From: the human T2T-CHM13v2.0 reference genome, Homo sapiens
Assembly: GCF_009914755.1 (NCBI RefSeq)
Contig: NC_060926.1
DNA: 64,000 nucleotides
Reading direction: 5' to 3' (one strand)
Shown here: positions 44,085 to 59,298 of the stretch, piece after piece
Layout: every line of letters starts with the position of its first letter
Position numbering within the stretch: the stretch's first letter is position 1
Program-made: the position numbers and the translations under genes
Notes under the pieces: generated by a model
Databases searched by the model: none
Seen by the model: only the letters and a program-made list of their open reading frames with translations
Told to the model about the DNA's origin: nothing

Positions 44085-44930
44085 CATTTTAAGGTATTAT
44101 TAACAGTCAGTAAAATTCACCCTTTTTTAGGTAAATTTCTCCAAGTTTTGACAAATACAGTTGTATAATCACCACTGCAAGCAAGACACAGCGTGGTTCC
44201 ATCACAACCCTCTACCCCTTTGAAGTCAACCCCTCTCTCCATCTCCTGTCCCTGGAAATGAACTGATTTACTTTCTCTTCCTATAATTTTGATGTTTTAA
44301 GAATGTCCTGTAAATGAAGTTATATAGTATGTAGCAAAGGCCCCTTTTAAACTTCATGCATTTGATAAAAAATAATTTACTTTTTATTTTTACTTACTGG
44401 TTTCTATTTCCTGAATTTAAAGGCAATAATGGATATAAAAATCAAATTACTCTTGAGTATTACATCTTGAAATAGGTAATTACCCAGAGGGCCTTTAGAA
44501 CATATAGACCTTTAGGACTTCACTTCTGCAGTACTGAATCAGAATCTCTCAGTGTATGTTCTGAGAATTTAGTTTCTACTAAACTTTCTAAGCCTGATTC
44601 TGATTGACCCATTAGATTTGGGAAACATTAACCTGACAGGTATTCACTAGATGAGATCAACAAGCAGATTTTAAATGACGTGTGGTTATGGAATCAAAGT
44701 TCAGAGGTTGGGAGAGTCTTATCTAAGTGACCTTGTCCTTGGTGGCTACCACTTGCTGGTTGCAGGGCCTCAAACAAGTTACTTAAACTTGATGAACCTT
44801 GGCTTTCTCCTTTATAACATGGGGGGAATGCCTACTTCAAAAGATTGTTTGGGGGATTAAATGCTTATAAATCATTTAGCATACTACATGGAACACATAA
44901 CAGTCAAATAATGGAGGTTGCTCATATTTT
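44085..44930. mobile_element. Cluster of old fragments: reverse L1M 3' end, MER5-like, MIR
   Basis: cagtaaaattcacccttttt...aaatgaagttatatagtatgtag; tactgaatcagaatctct...tgggaaaca; MIR core caagttacttaaac...gttgctca. Confidence 0.5.
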
Positions 44931-45501
44931 AGTATCAATATCTTCATCATTGTCATCATCATCATACTGCCCTGAGTGCTTTACGATTCTTTCTCCATGT
45001 CTGCATTTTGGTTAATTTCACTATTTTTTAACCCTTCCTCTAGAGGCAACCAAAGAGAATTTTTGTAGCAACACAGCTATTATTCAAGGCAGTAAAAAGC
45101 TAAGAGAAATTCACTGATTGCTTGCAATCTTCACTTCTACCCTGTTATAGCCTCAAAGATGCCAATGAGAACAAGAAGTGAATTACTGGAAACTCTCTCA
45201 GTCTTTTTTCCAAGCGGATGTTATTGGCCAATTATGGACAAACAAGAGGGAGGAAGAGAAACAAAGAGCAAAAATAAAGTAAAAAATTAGGCTGTCTGTA
45301 CAGCTAAGATACATCTAAAATTTTACTTTTTTTATTGGAAGATTTAGTCAAATATGTGATGTGAAAAGAAACTGAAACTGTTGGCTTAATGAAAACAGGT
45401 TTGCTCCAGTACTATTCCATATTAACTTACCTAAATAACTTGGATTCAAAGTTCAGGAGTCAGCAGAGTATCTTAAGATTTATTTCAAAACATTACAAGG
45501 T

Positions 45502-45810
45502 GGCCGGGCACAGTGGTTCGCACCTGTAATGCTAGCACTTTGGGAGGCCAAGACGGGCAGATCACTTGAGGTCAGGAGTTCGAAACCAGCCTGGCCAACA
45601 TGGTGAAACCCAGTCTCTACTAAAAATACAAAAATTAGCCAGGTGTGGTGGCATGCCCTGGTAATCCCAGCTACTCAGGTGGCTGAGGCAGGAGAATCGT
45701 TTGAACCTGGGAGGCAGAGGCTGCAGTGAGCCAAGATTGCAGTGCTTCACTCTAGCCTGGGTGACAGAGCGAGACTCCACGTTAAAAAACAAGACAAACA
45801 AACAAACAAA
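45502..45810 (+). mobile_element. Alu (AluSx/Sz-like)
   Basis: Full dimer; TSD-like aaaa..ttacaaggt on both sides. Confidence 0.95.
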
Positions 45811-45875
45811 AATTTACAAGGTTCAGGGAAAAGAGGAAGCTAAAGGCAACATTTTAATCCTATTACAAGTACTAA

Positions 45876-46239
<364 letters not shown>

Positions 46240-46418
46240 GTATATGCATTTATTTTTAAGATATAGTTTTAATTTAAGCCCTGAAATACAGAAGAGTCAC
46301 GATATTTGGTTGTGCTTGCTAATATAAAGAACTACTACTATCTTCTAAGAATTATGCAATGCTGCTAACACCAAGGACAAAAGAACATCAAAAGACCCAT
46401 GAACCCCACAAGCCCTAC

Positions 46419-46483
46419 CTGTTCTCAGCATCAGCACTGCACTTTGGGGACATCAATTCAAAGGATTTGGTAAATTTCACCAC
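46419..46483 (-). CDS. PDE11A: PDE11A coding exon, 65 nt (VVKFTKSFELMSPKCSADAEN-S); contains the probable PDE11A1 start ATG at 46453
   Basis: Acceptor ...tttctatgcgacag|GTG and donor AACAG|gtaggg; joins in frame to 10974; MSPKCSADAENSFKES is the recalled N-terminus of PDE11A1. Too short for the ORF track. Confidence 0.95.
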
Positions 46484-47380
46484 CTGTCGCATAGAAAGAT
46501 AATAAATCCAGGTCAATTAAAGCTTTATTGCCGTTTAAAATAATGTAATAAACATTTTCATCTTTATAATGATTATAATACTTGGAGATTATAGAGAGAT
46601 TTTTAAGTGGAGAAATCCCAAGACAGAGTAGAAGAGGAGAATCCCATCCTACATCTTGTATCTTATTTCTTACAAAGCATACATTGTCAAAGTTTTAATA
46701 CATTTCACTAAACATGTACATATTTTTACAATTAGGTGTACAATGAGCTATGGAGGTCAGGTAAAGGAAAATCTCATTTGAATACTTAAAAAGAAAACTG
46801 TTCTTTTAACAACCCAATCAACAGCAATAAGAGACCCAGGTAGGGACAGAACACCCCTCAAAGAAGATGCCCTCTGTCAACCCCAGGCTCCTGAAGTTAG
46901 TTCATCTTTAAGCTTGGCTCATCATTGTTCTCAGGTGAGCTTCGTGGTACCACCACCTAAAGGGTAAAGAGGAAGCCACCTTATTCAACAATCATTCTTG
47001 TGTGGACACTTCCTCTCTCACCTCTCCAGTGAAAGTAGCATACCAGTGCGAGAGTTGACCAAGGCTTATGTTGAGGGGGAATTTATGGAACAGAAAATGT
47101 CAATGTAGTTTTTCTTATTATTAGCTAATATTGAGTTTACACTGTAAACCAGGCCCTACAGCAGAAGCTTTTTTGATTATTTCTTTATTATAAATCTAAA
47201 GTAGAGAATTTTATACTCAGTCTATAGATGAGGAAACTAACCCCTAATTTTTAAAAAGACTTACTCAGTTTCACACAATTAAATAAGGCAACTGGCATGA
47301 AAGGAATTCTCTCTGATGCTAGAGTGCTAGCTCTTTCAACACTACAAATGTTGAGTGAGAAATGCACTATTTCTGGCCCT

Positions 47381-48348
<968 letters not shown>

Positions 48349-48778
48349 CCCTCTTTTGACAAGATATACCACATGATAGAAAAACAAGCCCCTATAGTGA
48401 AAGGAGTCCATCTGAATGTCATAGAATGCTTCCAAGGTTGACATTTAGATTTTCCTTAGCCGTACGCAGTCATGCTTCAAAGGCCTTTTAAATTAACCAC
48501 TTACAAGGAATTGATGAGCACCTGAGAAAATGATTTGGAAAATAGGAATAGATTAAATATTTAAAAAGCTTTATCAGTGAGGTAATGAACTCAAGCTAGG
48601 CAAATGCAACATTAGGGAAAAAATAGAAAAGAAGGGCTCATCACAAAGAAAATTCTGTGTGACCAGATGAATGTAGGGCAATGACAATAGCTCAACTGCA
48701 AGGAAATACCCTTGACAACTATAGAACATATTTCATTTCATATTGTAATATGAATTAAGCCTCTACAGAATCACTCAT

Positions 48779-49100
48779 TGTGGCAAATTTTATTTTCCAA
48801 AGATGGTCACAACAATATCTTCTATCCCATATTCTTCTCTTCCATGTAACCCTGCCACTTTCCTACCAAGTGGTAGGATCTACGTCCTCTCTCCTTAAAT
48901 CCGGTGGGCTTCTGAAAGCTTCAACAAATAGAGCATATGGAAGACATGCTACATGCCTTCCAAGGTTGTTGTAAAATGCAACACAGCTTCTGCCTTGCCT
49001 GATGAAATATGTGTGCTTGGAGCCCTCGGTCACCATGCAAGAAGTGCAACTACCCTCAGGCCACTATGCTGAAAGGGAGCCAAACCACATAGAGAGGACA
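48779..49100 (+). mobile_element. MLT1G/H-type LTR, 5' part
   Basis: tgtggcaaattttattttccaaagatggtcacaacaatatc...cagcttctgccttg...ggagcc...catgcaagaagtgcaactaccc. Confidence 0.65.
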
Positions 49101-50674
49101 TTTTCCTGCAAATGAGGGATTTTTCACACATTATAAACAATCCTTTATGCATGTATCAATGCTTACAACATCCCAGAAGGTAGATTTTATCCTCATTTTA
49201 TTGACAGCAAATTAAGGCTTAGGGGGTTAAGTGGTTTGCTGGAAGCCATGCAAGCAGGAAATTGCAGAACCGAGATTTGAACCATGTTGTTCTGATTCCA
49301 CAGCTCCAGTGATCCCACTTCTCACTGCTTTAATAAGCAAGAGCAAGTGTTATTGCAGCAGCAAATTATTTGGACATGACTCCTTCAAAACCAGAATAAA
49401 CTCTACTTTATTTACTAATTCTACAAATATTTATTGAGTACCTCCTATATGCCCAAATTTGAGTAAACACAGACTAAAAAGTAACTTGAAGTAAAACACT
49501 TGGCTTGGTATAAGATTAATCATATTATCAATAAACTGTTAATTGTTTCTGCATTTCAAAATTGAGCAGGACATTTTTTTAATTCCTGATCTGATAAATG
49601 AGATTAAATTCTCCAATATTAATAAGAATGCTTCATTTGGCCTACTTCTTACTATTGATTAGAATAATTTACAGCGTGGTAAGAGTAGATGTTAATTTCT
49701 GCAAATCTGATAGCAATACAAATAAATTTTATCCAAGTAAAGATGCAAATGATTTCTGTGCAGGAGAAAAGAAAAGCTCAATGGTTACAATTGTATTATC
49801 CTGACTGGTAGTAACCATTTTAAAAAGCTAATCTAGCAATCTTATGCTGGCATTCTTTCAGTGCCTATTTTAGAACCAACTTTGCCACTCTGCGGTTTCT
49901 CTTTTTGATGAGTTAAACAAATCTTTGATACATGCTTGCTTTAGATTTCTGCAAGAGTTAAGTTTTTAACTTTTTGAAAATTATCTTTCAATACAACAAA
50001 TACGTACCGTCTTATGTGTCAGGCAGTGTAGTGTACAATGGAATTACAAATGTGAAAGTAAAAGAAAATAAAATCTCTGCAGTTATGGAGCTTGCTTTAT
50101 GGTAGGGAGCTTAATTTGCCCTGGCTCCTCAAAACTAGTGCTCCCTGGAAAAAATAAGTGCACTTCTGGTTTCACATCTTAAGAAAACAAATGTGAGAAA
50201 TGTCCAGAGAATGAAAGAAAATAAAGATCTTTTAAAAATATTTTTTCCATCTGAGGAATAGCAACTGAGGGATATAAGAAATGGAATAGGAAATAATAGC
50301 GTTTCAAAGCCATAGAACCTGTAGATCTACAGAGAATGGATAAGATATATACATCTCTTAATGAAATGACAGGATGTTTGAACTCTTGTAAAAGAAGTTG
50401 GAGAAACTACTAAAAGGAAAAAACACTTTTTTCTAAAATGTTAGAACATCTTACTCCAACATAAATTACAAGCTGAAAAGAAAAATAGGGACAAAACTTT
50501 TATTTGTTTTGTTTTCTAAATTCATTTTTAATGTATAAGGGGAAAGTCAAGGACTATGTATCATTCAACTTCAGCATTCCATAGAATGCATTAGCTGTGT
50601 CCTCCAGTAAAATGGCTTATGGTGCCATGATCAAAGTCAGACACTGTATTCATGAACCACGATTGACCTTGTAT

Positions 50675-51257
50675 GTAGGAAAGAACTGAACCTTCCCTAA
50701 AGAGAGGTCTGGCCTTTGTCCTTGGCTCCTGAGAGATAATCTCTAAACCCTTGTAATGCCTGATTAATGTGCAAAGAGTAACAGTGTGATTTAGAATGGG
50801 GGCTTCAAGCCACACCAACAATATGATTTGGGTGGGAGCTTTGGGACACATGGTATCAGTTGACTACTGGAGGAAAGGAGTCAGAGGTCAGCCGCATGGG
50901 CAGGTCAACCCTATTTTTGTGATCAAGCCCCAATAAAGACTCTAGACACTAAGGCTCAGGCCCCGGTTGGCAAAATTTCATGCATCTTGTCACACATGAT
51001 AGCCAGGAGACATTGACACTATCCATGACTCCATGAGCAGAGTCCACATGTGGAATTTTCCTAGACTCTGCCCCATGCTAATGTTAATCTGTATGATTTC
51101 CTGTAGTAAACTGTAACTGTGAGTGTAACAGCTTTCAATGAGTTCTTTGAGCCCTTCTAGCAAATTACTGAAACTTAGCATGGTCTTGGGAACTCCAAAA
51201 CTCATAAATGGTGTCAGGAATGAGGAAAGTATTGTAGACTATGTTCCCTAACTTTAC
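50675..51257 (+). mobile_element. MER21/MER68/MER77-type ERVL LTR
   Basis: tctggcctttgtccttggctcctgagagataatctctaaaccc...ccccaataaagactct...gagcccttctagcaaattactgaaac...ggtcttgggaactcc. Confidence 0.65.
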
Positions 51258-51283
51258 ACTTATATCATAATTCTTAGGTTCCT

Positions 51284-51350
51284 GTGTCTTTAGAAGAAAA
51301 ATGAAGATACTAATCTTCATTAGTGTCTTTAGAAGAAAAATGAAGATACT
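51284..51350. repeat. 28-bp direct duplication with an 11-nt fold-back spacer
   Basis: gtgtctttagaagaaaaatgaagatact at 51284-51311 and 51323-51350. Confidence 0.9.
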
Positions 51351-51468
51351 GATGTTTACTGATCTTTGGTTAAATATTGATTATCCAGTGTGTATAAAGT
51401 ACTGGATAGCACAGGGAGATACCAAAGAAATAATAAATAAGGTCTCTAACCTTTTAAGACTTAACATT

Positions 51469-51899
51469 TGTGATGGTTAATTGGTATGTGTCAACTTGAC
51501 TGGGCTAAGGGGTGCCCAGATAGCTGGCAAAACATTATTTTTGGGTGGTCTGTGAAGTGTTTCTGGAAGAGATTAGCATTCGAATCAATAAATTGAGTAA
51601 AGAAGATTGTCCTGAGCAATGTGGGTGGGCATTGTCCAATCCACTGAGGGCTCAGATAGAAAGGAAGAGGAAGGGCAAATGTGGTCTCTTTGTTTGAGCT
51701 AGGACATCCATTTTTCCCCTGTCCTCAGACACTGGGACTCCTGATTCTCTGGTCTTTGAACTCAGACTGAATTACATCACCAGCTTTCCTGGTTCTCTAG
51801 CTTGCAGACAGTAAACTGTGGGACTTCTTAGCTTCCATAATTATGTGAGCCAATTCCTAGAATAAATATCTTTATCTCTATCTATCTATCATCTATCTG

Positions 51900-51945
<46 letters not shown>

Positions 51946-52003
51946 CATCTATCTATCTAGTCTCCTATTGGTTCTGTTTCTCAGGAGAACCACAACTACT
52001 GCA
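51469..52003 (+). mobile_element. MLT2B-type solo LTR (ERVL) with (TCTA)n
   Basis: tgtgatggttaat...gtcaacttgactgggctaagggg...cctattggttctgtttctc...gca; 5-bp TSD acatt/acatt. Confidence 0.88.
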
Positions 52004-52210
52004 ACATTTTAAAGAAGAAAAATTTAAAGTGCAAGGTGAGTTGACCTCTGAGGTTAGATTCACAGCCAAATTGACCCTGAGTCATCAGATTATTTGGCAA
52101 GGCAATATACATGTGGCATTAGTCCGTGATGAGGCAGCAAGATGAACAGTTGAGAAGTAACATAATTCTGGAGATGTAAATTCATCTGCCAGCCTCTCAG
52201 TCCTCAAAAG

Positions 52211-52435
52211 CAGGAGTGGGCAAAGGATGGCCCATGGGCCATATCTGGCCTACCACCTGTTTTTATTAATAAAGTTTCATTGTAACAAAGCCATACTTAT
52301 TAATTTAAGTATTGTCTGTGCCTGCTTTCTACTATAACAGTAGAGTGAATAGTTGCAATTGAGATCGTGCAGGCCACAAAGCCTAAAATATTTAGTAGAC
52401 AGACCTTTATTTTTAAAAGTTTGCCAACTTCTCTG
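52211..52435 (+). mobile_element. MER58A (hAT-Charlie MITE)
   Basis: caggagtgggcaaa...ggcccatgggccatatctggcc...aataaagttt...gcctaaaatattta...agtttgccaac. Confidence 0.8.
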
Positions 52436-52634
52436 GTGTAGAGCCATTTCTAGGCCAGATCAGTTATTTTTGCTAAATTGTTAATGGCTAATGATAGGTT
52501 AATGTATTAATATTCCCATGTAATATAGCTATATTCAGAAAGAGGATTCTTGGAGACATAATCTTTTAATTTGAAACAGTATTGCAATGATAGAAATTTT
52601 AGGCACCAGGGTAAGTGGTAAGAGATATACTCGA

Positions 52635-52755
52635 GGATATATCCCCAGTTGGCAGGGGACAGTTCCACTCCAATTAAGCCTGTTGTCCAGGGACAATTAT
52701 TAATAGTGCCCACTTTCACGCTCACAAGTGTCTTTGAATAGCAAATTCTAGGCAG
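52635..52755. mobile_element. MER94-like hAT MITE
   Basis: gggacagttcc...gcctgttgtccagggacaattattaatagtgcccactttcacgctcacaagtgtc resembles recalled MER94. Confidence 0.5.
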
Positions 52756-53545
52756 GCAGGCCATTGGCTGCTCCTCAAAGCATCAGACAACTTATATTTT
52801 TAAAAAGAATTGAAAATATAATGCATTCAAAGAGAAAATTGTTTATAGTCAGATACCTGGGTTAAAAAATAAAACAGCAAAAACGGCTTAAATATTTGGA
52901 TATAATTTAACGGGATATATAGAATGACATTGCAGAAATTATGACCAATACCAAATAGGTGAAGGCATAAATAAAATAGAATAGAATTTATGCTTTATTC
53001 CTGACTTGGACCAATTATATAATTCTTAGTTTTATTAATTTTAAAAGTTTACTATCTAAATCCAACTTTGATTTTATTATACATTTACTAAATGAACATG
53101 GATTAAATAAATTAATATACACACACTAAGTAAAAAAGAGAATCTTATAAGGGAAATATCAGAAGTGGTTTCTAAATCAATGACACAAAACAACTGGTTT
53201 CAAGCTTCCTTTGCTGCTGATCAGCCCTGATTATTGCACCCTGGGGAAGGGAGTGTACCTGCCAAGTGAAGTAAACAAAACATCTCCCTGCTTGTTCTTT
53301 GGAAAAGCTCCATGGACAGAAGTCTTTTTGATTTGGATATTTATCAAGTGCTAGTTGGTCTGGCTTCTCTCTGTTCTTTTAACTTAAAAACAAGTTAAAA
53401 AAATAAAAACTATACTCAAATAGATATTCCGGGCACCAAAATAAAAATTATCTACTAAGTAATCATGATTTTTGTTTTCTAATTTTCTGAATCTCTATTT
53501 TTCTATAAGAGGACTACTCAAAATGGCAAAAGAATGAATTAAATA

Positions 53546-53841
53546 GGCCAAGTGTGGTGGCTCACACCTGTAATGCCAGCACTTTGGGAAGTCAAGGTGG
53601 GTAGATAACTGAGATCAGGAGTTCGAGACCAGCATGACCAACATGGTGAAACCCCGTCTCTATTAAAAATACAAAAATTAGCCACGCATGGTGGCATGCA
53701 CCTGTAATCCCAGCTACTCAGCAGGCTGAGGCAGGAGAATCGTTTGAATCTGGGAAGTGGAGGCTGCAGTGAGCCGAGATGCACCACTGCACTCCAGCCT
53801 AAGTGACACAGCAAGACTCTGTCTCAAAAAAAAAAAAAAGA
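53546..53841 (+). mobile_element. Alu (AluS)
   Basis: Full dimer plus polyA; TSD aaaagaatgaattaaa on both sides. Confidence 0.95.
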
Positions 53842-53909
53842 AAAAGAATGAATTAAACAATCATCTCTTACTATGCTTCTTAATAAATCTCTTACTTATG
53901 CCAATTTAC

Positions 53910-55560
53910 TCTAATCATTTATTCATGCAGTCAGCATTTATCAAATACTTAGTGCACCAAGCACTGCTATAGGCTCTATAAACACCAAGGGGCACAAATC
54001 ATATCCTATCCTTGAGAAACTCACAACACAGTACAGAGGAGCAAACAGTTCACAAATGTTTCACCACAATGTATGTCCAAAATGCTACCAGTGCACAGAG
54101 GAAGGTGTTAAGGAAGTCTTCATGGGAACTGTGTGACAAGCAGGAACGCTCTAGGCTGACAAGTGGGGGAAGTTTCCCAGGCTGAGGGAACAAATCAGTT
54201 CGTTCTGGGAGAAAATAGAGAACTCTCAAAAGAGTTTAACTGAACATAATTCAATAAAGGGGCAAGCTATAGAAGTGTGGGTAGGGTGAAAAGAAGCCCA
54301 TAAGGAATGGTGAGGCACCCAGGCACTAGCAACTTTGGAAAGCAGTTAATACTCCTAGGTCTGAGGTTACACAAGAGGGAGGGAGGGGAGAAGGGAAGGG
54401 TGATTTTGAGATCCTGGAGGTGATTTTGATATCCATGTGAAGAGAAGCCATGGAAAGATCTAGCCACCACTAGAACTGGTAAACAAGGAATGAGGAAAAT
54501 AACTACACCCAATGTCTTTCACTCCTCTGGCCCTTAAATCTTCTGCTCATACCTTCTATTTGTCAAACCCAACTGGCAGCCAGAGGACAAGAAAGCCCAA
54601 GTGGTGTGGTAAGCAAAGATCAGCCCTCAAGGGCACTGAGGTAAAGACAGAAAGACCAACCATAGGTAGTTGGGGAGTGGAGAGGTTCCAGAGAGTAGCC
54701 AGTAGAGTTGACAATGTTGAACTTTACCTGAGCTCTGTGCTCCCCCAAAATAGTAATGATAAAGAAATCTCCCTATCACTGTTCCAGAATTGGCTATCCT
54801 CAACAGACCACTCTGCCCTAGCACATTTCAAAATAAGACATTTCTCCATCCTTCCTCATGACTCCTGTAAGGCTCATGAATGATGTAGGTAACTCCCTTG
54901 TCTATACGTTTCTGTGAAACCCCATCTTTTTCTTTGAGATGTTCACCATTAATGAGCATTCTCCCTATTGCAATAGCCAGATGAAATGATCTTCATTGTC
55001 TGGTGCATTTTGTCTTTCACTGGGACTATTTGCACAAAGATATGCATCTTTTGTGTTAATAGGCTAGTACATGCTTAGGCTGACCATGGGGAGGTGGGGT
55101 AGAGGTGAAGTAAAGGATAGAGCAAGGCTGAGGACCAGAGAGGAGAACCGCAAGTTAAGTTAGAAGCAGAAGTGATGGGCCTTGAATGTTGGGTAGTGTG
55201 AGCATTATTATACAAGCAATAGACAACTACCAATGTTTTGAATCATAGGAGAGGCCAGTGCATGTTTAAAAAGAAGCAGTAATTGAAAAGAAGAGTGCCC
55301 TCTTTGCAAGCAAGAAATGAGTCAGGAGAAAAATGTCCTAGTGAGAGATCAGTAAAGACACAGTGAAGAAGGTGGTAGAAAGAGTGAGAAGGAAGGGCTA
55401 GAAATGATGTTTCAAGGTAGAAGCAACAGATCATAGACACAAGTGAATGTAGAATAGTGAGAACGACTTAGAAACTACTCTACAGTTTTTAGCTTGAGTT
55501 ACTTACTAAATGGTGATGGTTCTATTGGCTAAATAGGAAATATCAGAGGTGGAGAAGATT
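53910..55560. mobile_element. Reverse L2 fragments interrupted by old LTR-like pieces
   Basis: atttattcatgcagtcagcatttatcaaatacttagtgcaccaagcactg (reverse L2 end); LTR-like 3' end ctccctattgcaatag...tgtctttcac near 55020. Families not resolved. Confidence 0.4.
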
Positions 55561-55759
55561 TGGGATGGGATGTAATGGAGATGGACAGTGGGGTTAGAGG
55601 TTCAGTAGTTGAAGATTATATAAATATATATATGCATACATATGTTTATTTAACATATAAATGATTAATGATGTGAGTTGATTTACTATATTGATATACA
55701 GTTATTAATAAAATGAGTTAATATGTATGAACAAGTAATATGATACATTAATGATGTGA

Positions 55760-55790
<31 letters not shown>

Positions 55791-55821
55791 GTACTATATA
55801 TGCACATTTTTTCAGTTAATA

Positions 55822-56036
55822 TAATTGGCCCTCTTTATCCATGGGTTCTGCATCCACAACCAAATGCAGGTCGAAAATACAGCATTCAGGGCAATGTGAA
55901 ACCTGCAGATACAGAAGGCTGACCTTTCATATCTGTGGGTTCTGCAGGGCTGACTGCAGGACTTGAGTGTGCATAGATTTTGGTATCCATTCGCTGTCCT
56001 GGAACCAATACCCAACAGATACTGAGGGATGACTGT
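55822..56036 (-). mobile_element. MER8/MER2-type Tigger MITE
   Basis: ggacttgagtgtgcatagattttggtatcc...gtcctggaaccaatacccaacagatactgagggatgactg. Confidence 0.8.
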
Positions 56037-58040
56037 GTATATAACAATAATAGTTTGGGTAATCATCAGAGGATTTTTTTTTAAATACTCTCCACTTTGC
56101 ACACTAGAAAAACACTTGGAGCAAAAATCAAACTGAATTTAAGTGGGCTTCTTTATAGGGAGAAGGAAAATCAAAGAAGGAAAGGTAGGGAAATGGAAAG
56201 TAAGTGATATAGAAAGCAAAGGCTGAGGCAATTTTTGCAACTCACTTGAGAAGGAGGGCACTGAATTACGGACTGCCCCAGAACAATCGGAGGATGCTCG
56301 CCCCATCTCTTCCCCTTGAGTGTAGGATTCAGGAAGACTGTCTAGTTCATTGGCTTAACTGTATGTACATTTACATAAGGACCAAGGAGCTAAGGAGGAT
56401 ATAAGAAAACAAGTGTGCCTAGCTAGCTTATGCTTCACAGTTTTGTAAAGAAACTCCAGACACTAGCCAGGTATTTATAAGCTTAGTTAGAAAGTACTTC
56501 GTAGAGTTCTTAACAACGAAATAGCTGCCAGCCATCAAGATGATACATGAGAAGAGAACACTTGTAAAAACTAGGACTTGAGACAGTGCCTTAGGACATA
56601 AGATTAAAATGTCTACATTCACTTTCCTTGACTACACACAAAAATAAATAGAAATAATAGTAAATGCATGAGCTGGAAAGAACTAAGAGAAGTGATAGGA
56701 ATTGCTTAGACAGGTTCATAGGATGGAATAACAGTAAGCAGGGAATATTCAGTTCAAGGAGCTAAATAGTTCCTAATGTTAACAGCAGCAGCCAGCTATG
56801 GAGCAATCTTTCCTTCTTCCCAGTCTAATGGAAAATGCCATTGACAAAATCACTTAAAATCAATGGACTGAAACACTTAAGAGAAGCAAAAGGGTGCAAA
56901 ATATTAATTTTGTCAGGAGAAAGGGCTAGAACAGCATTCCTCATTTCTATTTTTGGCATCCATTCAGTAAACTGAACAGTTTACACCGGAGTGCCTAGCT
57001 TAAAGACCACAAATGCAGTTTCTAAACACAGAGTTAAGATCTTGGTGAATCAAAGCTTCTACAACCAGAATTAATTTTTTCTCCCTTATTCCCTTCAAAT
57101 ATAAAGGCCATAAAACATAAATTTGCAATAAGCAGTTTTTTTAAGTATTAGAATCACAAAATACAAATAGAACTTTTGTTTTCAGGAATTATTCTAATAA
57201 AATAGAAATAAAACTTACTTTTGGAGGGAGAAACTTTTATTTTCCTGAATGATACTGTTTTGTTTTCTAATTATAAAAGTAGTGTACAGAATGCCAGTAG
57301 AGATGGTGCTATAAGTTCATGCTTTTACACATCTGATCTTTTCCAAAAACAGAGCAAAGACTGATAAAACACAGAGGAAATCAGAAAGACATTTAGAGAT
57401 TGAAAGGAAGAGAGAAGAAAAGGAGAGGGAAAGGGAGGAGAAGGGAAAGGAGGGAAAAGATCTCTAAAGTCACAAGCCTGAAGACATGTAGGCCTGCTGA
57501 ACTCCAAGTCCAGAAACAGGCTGGCAGTGATGGTCGGAATTTCAGCTCCTGCTGGGGTGTGGGAAACAGGTGACCCAGCTTCACCCCAAGAAACTGAACC
57601 AAGCTGCCTCTAGCTTGGTGTAATATTACTACATAGCAGGAAATCTGAGCCACCAGAATAAGTCTTGGTTTTTGATTAGGGGTCAGGAAGCTGGGCAAAC
57701 TATTAGACAGGTAGGAAAGAGGGCAAGAGAGAAAGAAAGAAAGCAATGGCATAAGCAAACAAAAACACTCTCCTATCCAAATCAGCTGCAATCCCAAATT
57801 CAAAAACACATAATTAATACAAACAACTAAATCAACAACCTACATAATTGGACAAAAAATACTGAAGAATCTGTTAAGCTAAAAATTTGAACACACCCAT
57901 AATCAGAGATTGATAGATGAAGAATAGAAAAGTATTAAGAATATAGATGACTTGGACAACATTTCATTCTTGATTAACGGGGTCTTAGGAAACGTCGGCT
58001 GGACAAGCCGTTAAAAAAGAAAAAAAAAAAGATTTTCCTC

Positions 58041-58515
<475 letters not shown>

Positions 58516-58634
58516 TCATCTGGCTGCTGCGTCATCCCCAGAACCACCTCCTGGAGACTTCTAGTCATGTAAGTTAATAAATGTTCTCAGTGTGAAAGCC
58601 ACTTGCCCTTGAATATTCTGTTACCTGCAGGAGT

Positions 58635-59175
58635 CACCCAAATTGATCCATAAATTAGATACATTTCAATCAAAATCTATACAGAGTTTTCATGGAATTT
58701 GCTAAGCTGCTATTAAAATTTTATGGAAGAATGACAGGTCAAGAATAAGCAAGCCAGTTTTAAAGGGGAACAACACTGAGGACTTGGCCTATCAGATATC
58801 AAAATGCATTACAAAATTACAGAAATTCAGATAGATACTGGTGCAGAAATAAACAAATAGACCAGCAGGACAAAATTGTGAGCTCAGAAACAGACCCAGG
58901 TATATATGGAAACTATAATTTTGAAGTGCCACTACAAAGTGGAGGCAAAACAGTTCTAAGACAATTGGTTATACACATACTGCTTTATACCCCACACAAA
59001 AACATTCTAGATGGATAAAAAAGACCATGCATACCAAATGGATGTAAAAAGATATACAATAATGTCATTATAGCTAAAGGTAGATAAAGATTTTTATAAC
59101 AAAACCCTTAAAGCAAAAATCAAAAAAGGAGGTTAATAAATTTGACACATTAAAATTAAAATATTCCACAAATAT
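58635..59175 (+). mobile_element. Old L1M ORF2 fragment
   Basis: caaattgatccataaattagatac...tactggtgcagaaataaacaaatagaccag...aaatttgacacattaaaattaaa (KIDKWD.IKLK region). Confidence 0.7.
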
Positions 59176-59177
59176 AC

Positions 59178-59298
59178 CTGTTGAGAGAGGCAATCCACAA
59201 AACCAAGCCATGCATGTCAGGACTTTAAGGCCCTAGTTAAGTTCTCAGGATTGTATTTGCAGTGAGCAAACCTGGGAGATGAAGTAACATCTTTCCAC
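59178..59298 (-). other. PDE11A: Probable non-coding first exon of PDE11A1 (5' UTR)
   Basis: Donor CAACAG|gtatat at 59178/59177; minus-strand text (tggaaagatgttacttcatctcccagg...gcctctctcaacag) matches my recollection of the PDE11A1 mRNA leader; an in-frame TGA (59217-59219) makes the ATG at 46453 the first in-frame start. 5' end approximate; needs mRNA alignment. Confidence 0.6.
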
